Shown here: piece by piece, positions 25,875 to 32,000 of the stretch
Layout: every line of letters begins with the position of its first letter
Numbering within the stretch: the first letter of the stretch is position 1
Source: Candidatus Lokiarchaeum ossiferum
GTDB lineage: Archaea; Asgardarchaeota; Lokiarchaeia; Sigyniarchaeales; Promethearchaeaceae
Length of the DNA: 32,000 nt
Direction of reading: 5' to 3'
Assembly (NCBI GenBank): GCA_025839675.1
Contig: CP104013.1
Location: forward strand, 270,001 to 302,000
The notes under the pieces: generated by a model
What the model saw: only the letters and a program-made list of their open reading frames with translations
The model's database searches: none
Told to the model about the DNA's origin: nothing
Program-made: the position numbers and the translations under genes

Positions 25875-27635
25875 CTAACAAGTTGGTGAATTTGATAAAA
25901 AAGATTTTACATCTAATTGTTCAAATTTAGAAAATAATCTTCTTATTCGATCCTTTTCAAGCAAACGATGGCCATCTTCAGTTACACAAATACATTTACC
26001 GTCTATAATTTTAGAATTAATATTTCCAAAGTTTGATGAATCATTTTTTAGATGTGGTGCATCAAAAAATCCATTTTCGACAATTGAAGTTAAAAATTCT
26101 GGAGTCAACAAATAATTCTCACCATAATGAGATTCTCCAAAGTCTTCAATCGCGGATAAAGTTATCCGAGCTTCCTTTATCAATTCATTTTTATATCTTT
26201 GAATCTCGGGATCATTAGTTAAGTTAATTGGATCATAACTTACTTCCTCAACTACTTTCTTCGCAATTTGTGCGCTAACAATTATATCTTGAGCTTTGGC
26301 TGCATGATTCGCTTCACAATAATTTACAATATGTATGATTGAGGGTTTTACTGCCATTTGGAATAACGTTGATAAAGCTAATTGGGCTTTTGCTTCATCT
26401 GGATTGTTTGAAAAATATGATAATCCTGCTCGAGTTTCTTTTAATATATCGAATGAAGGAGATTTCAAGGGTTCTACAACCTCAATCATCGCCAATACTC
26501 GACCTAAATCCATATTGAGACTGTTACCTACAGGAGTATTAAACATCAATTGTTGAATATACGTTTTGACTCCCAGTTCTTTGGCAATTTTTGCACATAG
26601 AAAGGCATCGGCAACAACTATATGGTCTGGAGCTGCTCGAAGTCCCCATTGATGAGGATCATTAATTTCAACGGGTAAATTTCGATGAGCGTGCCACATT
26701 ATATTTTCTAAGTTTTCTTGAATCGCTAATTTTAACGGACGCTTGGATCTACCATCTAGATCAGAATACCAAAATATCGGTGTTGCAGTCCATGCATTTT
26801 TTAAATATTTTAATTGAACTTTACTATTTAATATTAAATCTTGGGTTCCAGCATATATTCTAAGTAATGGGTAATTCCCAACTTGAGCGGAAGCGTAAAT
26901 TCTTTGCAAATCTTCTGTAGTTCTAATGGGAATACCTCCAGCACCTTTATCACATTTTTCAAGTACATCTTTTCGATGAAAATATTCTTGAGCAGGTTGA
27001 TCTGGAGCTATTGATATTACATCTACTAATTTTGATTTAGCAATTTTTTTAATTTCTTCTAAAGATTGTTCTAATGAATTCAATCCAAAATGAGTTCGAT
27101 ATATCGGATTTGGGGATTTCAATTTCAGTCGTGAAAGTAAATTAGATGCTTCAATATTTTTTTTTTGAGCTGCTGGATCTTTATCTTCCAATATTGCAAC
27201 ACAATATGAAGGTGATTCTCCCCCGATGAAAATATGTTTAAAGAAATTTAATGGAATGATTTTTTCTTTCAATGCTGGTAAACATCCTAGTAAAAAAATA
27301 CGCTTTGAAAGGTTTTTTTCATGAATCTCAGAAATAAAGTTTTTAATGATTTCAAATCCAACATCCGGAGTCAATCTAAAAGATAAAGCAACAACATATG
27401 GGTTTAAATGTTGGATTTCATAAATTATTTTATCAATTGAACATGCAGGCCCCAAAAATGATGTTTGATAACCATTTTCTTGTGCAATCTTAAAAAAATT
27501 GGTTATTCCTGCAACATGAACACAACTGTCAAGACATGCTCCCAAAATGTGTTTATTTTTTGTACTCTGCATCATTTTTTTCACTTTATAACGGTGTAAT
27601 CTAATAAATTTATCTGGTAAAATCTTTTCAAACAA
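25875..27635 (-). CDS. Fusion protein: N-terminal cobalamin (B12)-binding Rossmann-like domain plus a ~430-aa C-terminal domain resembling glutamate mutase E (methylaspartate mutase) by eye
   Basis: Residues ~25-150, HILGACLDSCVHVAGITNFFKIAQENGYQTSFLG...VVALSFRL...IFIGGESP, align by eye to MutS/GlmS ([31 protein letters not shown]...CVSS...VGG). There is no CxxxCxxC, so it is not a radical SAM enzyme. Start is ambiguous: TTG 27635 or ATG 27575. Confidence 0.55.
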   Translation of the reverse strand: MFEKILPDKFIRLHRYKVKKMMQSTKNKHILGACLDSCVHVAGITNFFKIAQENGYQTSFLGPACSIDKIIYEIQHLNPYVVALSFRLTPDVGFEIIKNFISEIHEKNLSKRIFLLGCLPALKEKIIPLNFFKHIFIGGESPSYCVAILEDKDPAAQKKNIEASNLLSRLKLKSPNPIYRTHFGLNSLEQSLEEIKKIAKSKLVDVISIAPDQPAQEYFHRKDVLEKCDKGAGGIPIRTTEDLQRIYASAQVGNYPLLRIYAGTQDLILNSKVQLKYLKNAWTATPIFWYSDLDGRSKRPLKLAIQENLENIMWHAHRNLPVEINDPHQWGLRAAPDHIVVADAFLCAKIAKELGVKTYIQQLMFNTPVGNSLNMDLGRVLAMIEVVEPLKSPSFDILKETRAGLSYFSNNPDEAKAQLALSTLFQMAVKPSIIHIVNYCEANHAAKAQDIIVSAQIAKKVVEEVSYDPINLTNDPEIQRYKNELIKEARITLSAIEDFGESHYGENYLLTPEFLTSIVENGFFDAPHLKNDSSNFGNINSKIIDGKCICVTEDGHRLLEKDRIRRLFSKFEQLDVKSFLSNSPTC

Positions 27636-27698
27636 ATGTATTAAATTTAGTATGAGATATGGGAATTATTCTACAAAATCTGAATGATGAATAAATCA

Positions 27699-27730
27699 AC
27701 AACAAAATCCTTAGATTTTTTCTATGTTGT
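27699..27730 (-). promoter_or_regulatory. Stem-loop in leader copy 2: ACAACA / TGTTGT (6 bp, extendable with a bulge) with a 20-nt loop
   Basis: Homologous position to 22449-22479. Confidence 0.4.
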
Positions 27731-27803
27731 GAATAATCGGAATCTACTCGATTCAATAAGACTTTGAATAATTGCCTAGTACCATATTACTTTTAGATCT
27801 TCA

Positions 27804-27811
27804 TATATAAA
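27804..27811 (-). promoter_or_regulatory. TATA box TTTATATA (minus strand) within repeat copy 2
   Basis: Minus strand reads TTAAATTTTTATATATGAAG. Matches the archaeal TTTAWATA consensus and is conserved with copy 1. Confidence 0.45.
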
Positions 27812-28273
27812 AATTTAACTGTTGAATTTGAGACTATTAAACCAATAACTCTTCATTTATTTAAGATATTGTTAACTCAGATTAAAATACATATTCTCGA
27901 CTGTTTTATTGATCTATCTTAATCTTTAGGATGAAAAGAGATTTTTTTCTACTTTATTTAATTTTAGGTTATTTTGGCTAACTAGAGCGCCAAGCAGAAA
28001 AAAATTTTCCATTAGAGATTTTTCTAAAAATTTAATCATTCATGCGTTTATACTTATTCTATACTTGTTTATACCTAAGAAAAAAAAGACATTATCAAAA
28101 TTCAAAATATCTTAGATGATGATGGAACTGGCAGAATGGATGATAACATAATCACAAAAAAATCTGTCATGGAATTCGTTTTACATCATAATCATTATAC
28201 ATGACTGACAAATTGAAGTAATTGTAAAGTTCCTATCATTCGAATTGTGATAATTAGGTAAATATGCTGTGTT

Positions 28274-28285
28274 AAAAAAAAAAAA
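28274..28285 (-). terminator. T12 tract (minus strand) abutting the stop codon of the last sHSP gene
   Basis: A12 on the plus strand at 28274-28285. The stop TAA is at 28286-28288. Confidence 0.5.
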
Positions 28286-28870
28286 TTATTTATTTACCTT
28301 TAAAGTAATCAGTCCATTGTCAGCATCAATGGTCGGTTTGTTTTTGGGTTTAAACGGAAGTCGAATTTGTTTTTTATATTCTACCTTGTCATTTTTCCCA
28401 ATGATTTTCAATAAATCTCCTTCGATTTTTGTCTCAATATCCTTCAAACCGATTCCAGGCATTTCGAACCGATAAATGTGCGTATCATCTTTTGGTTCTC
28501 CTTTTTTTTCGTTCTTTTTTTTCTTCTTTGACAACAATAATTTTGGATTTTTTATAGATGAACCTTCCAATTCTACTCCATATTTAGAGTTTATACCTGA
28601 TACAAATCTGTTGATAGTATCCTTGTCTACATCACCTTCTATCATTATTTCTGGTTCATCCATCCCAGTTTCATATTTGTAAGATAAAGAATAACTTTTA
28701 TCTTTTTGATTTGAATCATAAAAATTTTCATAATGGGAAGAAAAATGGTAGTTATCTTTCAAAGAAGAATCTTGCTTCATTTTTTGAAATTTTTTTTCTA
28801 TATCGTTCCATTCATCATGGATTCTCTCAAATTCTTTATCAATATCGTCAAATATGCGAAATACTTTCAT
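28286..28870 (-). CDS. Hsp20/alpha-crystallin-domain protein with long acidic and poly-Lys N-terminal extension (194 aa)
   Basis: C-terminal ACD: HIYRFEMPGIGLKDIETKIEGDLLKIIGK...IDADNGLITLKVNK. GGAGGT RBS. T12 directly after the stop. Confidence 0.7.
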   Translation of the reverse strand: MKVFRIFDDIDKEFERIHDEWNDIEKKFQKMKQDSSLKDNYHFSSHYENFYDSNQKDKSYSLSYKYETGMDEPEIMIEGDVDKDTINRFVSGINSKYGVELEGSSIKNPKLLLSKKKKKNEKKGEPKDDTHIYRFEMPGIGLKDIETKIEGDLLKIIGKNDKVEYKKQIRLPFKPKNKPTIDADNGLITLKVNK

Positions 28871-28912
28871 TATTTTACCTCCTCTTTATTTGATTTAAAA
28901 AAAAACAACGAC

Positions 28913-29236
28913 TTACTCTAACTTAATTCTATAAGCATCATCCATGGGATTCTTAATTTTACCTGTGATATATAGTAAGCCTTCTTCATAATCTCCTTTT
29001 ACTGTATCTATATCAACCTCCCAAGGAAAATGTCCTGACAACGAATAATGGGCATTATCTCTTGTTGCCGATAGATCAAAATATTTTGGTAAAACTCGAA
29101 ATTTGATCTTGGATTTATCAACACCAGGTAAATGAATCTCCAAATTCCATTCTTTTTTGGTAGATTCTACATTGAAATGACTGGTGGGCGTTATTTTATA
29201 TTTTATTTCTGTTTCTTGTGCTTCTTCTTGAGTCAT
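28913..29236 (-). CDS. Minimal Hsp20/alpha-crystallin-domain protein (107 aa)
   Basis: WNLEIHLPGVDKSKIKFRVL...GDYEEGLLYITGKI, with a C-terminal I-x-L (RIKLE). AGGAGG RBS. Confidence 0.7.
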   Translation of the reverse strand: MTQEEAQETEIKYKITPTSHFNVESTKKEWNLEIHLPGVDKSKIKFRVLPKYFDLSATRDNAHYSLSGHFPWEVDIDTVKGDYEEGLLYITGKIKNPMDDAYRIKLE

Positions 29237-29248
29237 TCTTTATTCCTC

Positions 29249-29629
29249 CTAAAATTTTATTTCTTTCGCTCCATCGAAGGGATCCGGAATATGGGCTGTT
29301 ATGGTTAATAAACCACAATCATATTTGGCAGTCGTTCTCTCAGGAATGATGGTTTTTCCAAAGTTTTGATTTGCATTATACATTAATTGACCACGTTTTG
29401 CTTCCAAGTAGAACCATTTGGGAAGCGCTTTCAGTTTAATATTTTCCTTTTTTACTCCTGGTAAAGCGATTTCAAAGGTAATTATTCTTTTATCATAGTC
29501 TATGTTTCGAGTCATATCAGGAAAAACATTATATATAGATTCTTTTTTTTCTTCTTCTTGTTTTTGAGCTTCTGTCATTTCTTCTTTTTCTCTTTCTATC
29601 ATTGCCATGTTCATCATCTCCATTTGCAA
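29249..29629 (-). CDS. Minimal Hsp20/alpha-crystallin-domain protein (about 124-126 aa)
   Basis: ITFEIALPGVKKENIKLKAL...AKYDCGLLTITAHI, with a C-terminal I-K-F. Start is uncertain: TTG 29629 or ATG 29623. Confidence 0.65.
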   Translation of the reverse strand: MQMEMMNMAMIEREKEEMTEAQKQEEEKKESIYNVFPDMTRNIDYDKRIITFEIALPGVKKENIKLKALPKWFYLEAKRGQLMYNANQNFGKTIIPERTTAKYDCGLLTITAHIPDPFDGAKEIKF

Positions 29630-29635
29630 AAAAGA

Positions 29636-29971
29636 TTATTCAATTTTAACATCAAAAGCATGTTCGAGAGGATTATAACGTTTTAATTCCACCTTCAATA
29701 AGCCTTCCTCATATTTTGCTTTGCTTACATCGGGTTCAACTTTAGTAAGTTCGAGATCCAGTGCATACATTACCTCACCACGGGGAGCTCGTAATGTGAA
29801 ATAATTGGGGAGAACTCGCATATCAATGTCCTCCTTTTTTACTCCCGGAATTGCGATTTGAATGGTGACAATTTCATCTTTACTCCATACACCATAGCGA
29901 GGAGTCACTTTGTAGCGTGGATCATCACTACTTTTTTCCGTCTGGTTTTTTTCAGATTTTATAATTGACAT
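29636..29971 (-). CDS. Minimal Hsp20/alpha-crystallin-domain protein (111 aa)
   Basis: VTIQIAIPGVKKEDIDMRVL...AKYEEGLLKVELKR, with a C-terminal V-K-I. AGGAGA RBS. Confidence 0.7.
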   Translation of the reverse strand: MSIIKSEKNQTEKSSDDPRYKVTPRYGVWSKDEIVTIQIAIPGVKKEDIDMRVLPNYFTLRAPRGEVMYALDLELTKVEPDVSKAKYEEGLLKVELKRYNPLEHAFDVKIE

Positions 29972-30037
29972 TTTTTAGTCTCCTGAACTTGACAACTCTA
30001 TGTTGGCAAGAATACAATATCTAAATATTAATCTGAG

Positions 30038-30045
30038 TATTTAAA
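30038..30045 (-). promoter_or_regulatory. TATA box TTTAAATA (minus strand) ~70 nt upstream of the first sHSP gene
   Basis: Exact match to TTTAWATA. It would give a ~45-nt leader carrying the AGGAGA RBS. Confidence 0.35.
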
Positions 30046-30356
30046 GGTTTTGATCATAAGACAACTAAATGTTAATTAAATTACTAAAATCCCGGATAAC
30101 AGTTTTAAAAATTAAATAATGAGAAATATTTGTTTAATTAAAAATATCTCAACCGATTTTCATTGAGTAATAAATCGGAAATTTCAGATTCCCAATAGAA
30201 GCACTTTAATCGAATAGAACCAATCGATGGAAAAAATTCTATACTAAAAATTTTATTTTAAAATAAATTTAGCAAATGATTAGGGTTTAATAAAATTTGA
30301 TTAAAAGTAGATGAATTTTACAAGTACTCAGTTAAAATTGACCTTTCATTAAAATC

Positions 30357-31085
30357 TTAATACTTAGCGAGAAATTCTAATATTTCAGGAAGTTCGTGGA
30401 TAACCATAATATTGTCAAAAGAATATTTATGGTTTTGATCCAACAAAACAGGAATCATCCCAATTCTCTTAGCCATTTCAATGTCCATTTTCAAATCATC
30501 ACCTACATGAATAATCTTTTTTGGATTCGTTGTTTGCATTAATTCCACTGCAGTTTGATAAACCTCTATATCATCTTTATTGTACCCATAATCTTGAGAG
30601 TGAATAAAAATATCAAAAAAGTCAAAAATCCCGAGTTCTTTTAGTTTGGAATGAACTTTCATACGATCTCCATTAGTTAATAAACCAATCTTCAAATTTT
30701 TTCTCTTAATTTGTTCAAGAGTTTCTTTACAGCCAGAATTCAAACTAAAATAATTAAAGAAGTTCTCTTGGAATTCTTCACTAATGATTTTGCTTGATCC
30801 TTCTCGTTTCAGTCCTATAGTATCAAGCATAATTCCATTAAGGTTATTTCTTTCATCATTTGTTAAATTCATATAACTTCTCCCATAAGCATATTGAAGT
30901 CGATTTATTTCTTCCATTTGTTTTTGTAAACCCTTATTTATTAGAGTATTGCTAAGAACCACGTCAGAACCTAAACGATTTAATATTCTGGACCATACCT
31001 TATAATAAGCACGAACTGAATCGATTAGTGTTCCAAAGAAATCGAAATATATCCCAATAATTTTGTCCATTATTAAATTTGGCAC
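30357..31085 (-). CDS. HAD-superfamily hydrolase (subfamily IA-like; motif I is D-F-F-G-T-L)
   Basis: Motif I IYFDFFGTLID, motif II IGLLTNGD, motif IV HVGDDLKMDIEMAKRIGM. The probable true start is ATG 31070 (MDKIIGIYFD...) rather than GTG 31085. Confidence 0.8.
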   Translation of the reverse strand: MPNLIMDKIIGIYFDFFGTLIDSVRAYYKVWSRILNRLGSDVVLSNTLINKGLQKQMEEINRLQYAYGRSYMNLTNDERNNLNGIMLDTIGLKREGSSKIISEEFQENFFNYFSLNSGCKETLEQIKRKNLKIGLLTNGDRMKVHSKLKELGIFDFFDIFIHSQDYGYNKDDIEVYQTAVELMQTTNPKKIIHVGDDLKMDIEMAKRIGMIPVLLDQNHKYSFDNIMVIHELPEILEFLAKY

Positions 31086-31246
31086 CTTTCCAACATTTCA
31101 AGTCCATATCAAATTAAATCTTATCTGCTTCAAAAATGAATAACAACTTGCTAATAAACAACATGAATACATTTTTTTTCTAATTCTTTGATAATTTATT
31201 CATATCAGAACTTACGAAGAAAACCAATAGAAGAAAATACTTGGCG

Positions 31247-31801
31247 TTATTTAATTTGTTCGTAATATTTTAATCTATTTAACATTAAATTATAAATTGG
31301 ATCATCAGATAATGCATTCGTTGCCAAATTTGCAAAAAACTTACTTTTTTTAAGAAGATAATTATAGTTATCCATTCCATCTACATAATTTTTAGCGGAA
31401 TAAATAAAATAACTTAAATTATCGTAGATATCTGCAGCTTTGACTATTAATGCGCTTTTCCCGTGATTTAGACAACGTTTAAACATATCTTGATATCTCT
31501 CTTCTAAATTTGCAATTTCGACATTAAAAGAATTGATTGCAACAAGTTCTGCAATTTCATTACCAAATTTCTCAGCAATATCGCTTTTAGTAATTGATGA
31601 ATCCTCAATTAAATCATGCAATATACCTGCAATTATTACAAATTTCGGATAATTGAATCTCAATATTGTCATTCCTACACGTATACTATGCAAAATTACT
31701 GGCTTAGGATTGTTTCCAGAAGAAAGAATATTCTTGACTAGAAAGTTAATTGCGTTCTCAATTTCTTTATCTGAAGAATGATCGTGGAAAATGGAATACA
31801 T
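31247..31801 (-). CDS. HD-domain protein of the RelA/SpoT hydrolase type (small alarmone hydrolase / Mesh1-like)
   Basis: 184 aa. HSIRVGMTILRF...VIIAGILHDLIEDSSITKSDIAEKFGNEIAELV matches the H...HD..ED core of (p)ppGpp hydrolase domains. No synthetase domain is present. Confidence 0.65.
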   Translation of the reverse strand: MYSIFHDHSSDKEIENAINFLVKNILSSGNNPKPVILHSIRVGMTILRFNYPKFVIIAGILHDLIEDSSITKSDIAEKFGNEIAELVAINSFNVEIANLEERYQDMFKRCLNHGKSALIVKAADIYDNLSYFIYSAKNYVDGMDNYNYLLKKSKFFANLATNALSDDPIYNLMLNRLKYYEQIK

Positions 31802-32000
31802 ACTTTTAATAAAATTTTAATCTAAATAAGCTTAATTAGATATCAAGATTTTATTTGTATCAGAAAATGTTCATCCTTATTTCTTTTGGAGTATCTAGTT
31901 TCTTGGTTGTAGATGGTTAATGGTTTACCGTTTATTGAACCGCAAATATGATTTATAGAAAAAAATTTATAATTTATTAAGAAACTTATCAAAGTATTCA

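Larger units (their letters stand above)
27642..27945 (-). repeat. Conserved ~300-bp upstream module, copy 2 (promoter plus 5' leader of the 27635..23140 operon)
   Basis: See copy 1. Same orientation and same position relative to the first ORF of its operon. Confidence 0.75.

Noticed and set aside
26033-26556. Track ORFs 26033..26218(+) and 26335..26556(+)
   Set aside because: Antisense within the 586-aa B12-binding fusion gene.
27636-27800. Possibility that the leader of the B12-enzyme operon is a cobalamin riboswitch
   Set aside because: I could not find anything resembling the GC-rich B12 box or the conserved cobalamin-riboswitch core. The leader is very AT-rich, and the same leader precedes an operon with no obvious B12 link. 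It is kept only as a generic candidate leader element.
28269-28921. Track ORFs 28269..28475(+), 28476..28682(+), 28711..28893(+) and 28733..28921(+)
   Set aside because: Antisense to the 194-aa sHSP gene, with poly-Phe and low-complexity translations of its Lys/Glu-rich coding strand.
1-32000. Scan for tRNA or rRNA genes, CRISPR arrays, transposases, integrases and prophage genes
   Set aside because: I saw no GC-rich cloverleaf-like segments, no regularly spaced direct repeats, and no recognisable recombinase or transposase motifs on either strand. None are reported.

Overview
Very AT-rich (about 70% A+T by eye) prokaryotic chromosomal window. I can support about 34 protein-coding genes, separated by unusually long AT-rich spacers. 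I found no rRNA, tRNA, CRISPR array, transposase or integrase. GGAGG-type ribosome-binding sites occur together with TTTAWATA-like boxes about 26-30 nt upstream of some starts, oligo-T tracts directly after stop codons, and a decayed TFB/TFIIB-like fragment. Together these point to a low-GC archaeon, possibly Asgard/Loki-like, but that is inference only. Recognisable genes: PadR regulator, nitroreductase, MFS transporter, condensation-domain-like acyltransferase, CX5R tyrosine phosphatase, LRR protein, GNAT, CPD photolyase, TspO-like membrane protein, CPBP protease, a secreted C45/Ntn peptidase with atypically high GC, a cold-shock-domain protein, four tandem Hsp20/alpha-crystallin genes, a HAD hydrolase and a SpoT-type HD hydrolase. 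The best candidate for an undescribed system is the minus-strand operon at 23140-27635. It encodes a B12-binding-domain/large-barrel fusion that looks glutamate-mutase-like by eye, an opine-dehydrogenase-family reductase, and an AsnB-type amide synthetase lacking the Cys1 nucleophile. Its roughly 300-bp upstream region is duplicated upstream of a second operon of mostly unknown genes (20537-22375; GNAT-like, a 158-aa protein with a paralog at 18456-18932, cold-shock protein). This shared region contains a TATA-like box and a conserved stem-loop, and suggests co-regulation. Other notable items are two paralogous 48-codon ORFs missing from the ORF track that share a conserved upstream box, a homopolymer frameshift at the nitroreductase N-terminus, and twin palindromic operators in the PadR/nitroreductase divergent promoter. 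All family calls come from motif recognition by eye; no searches were run.
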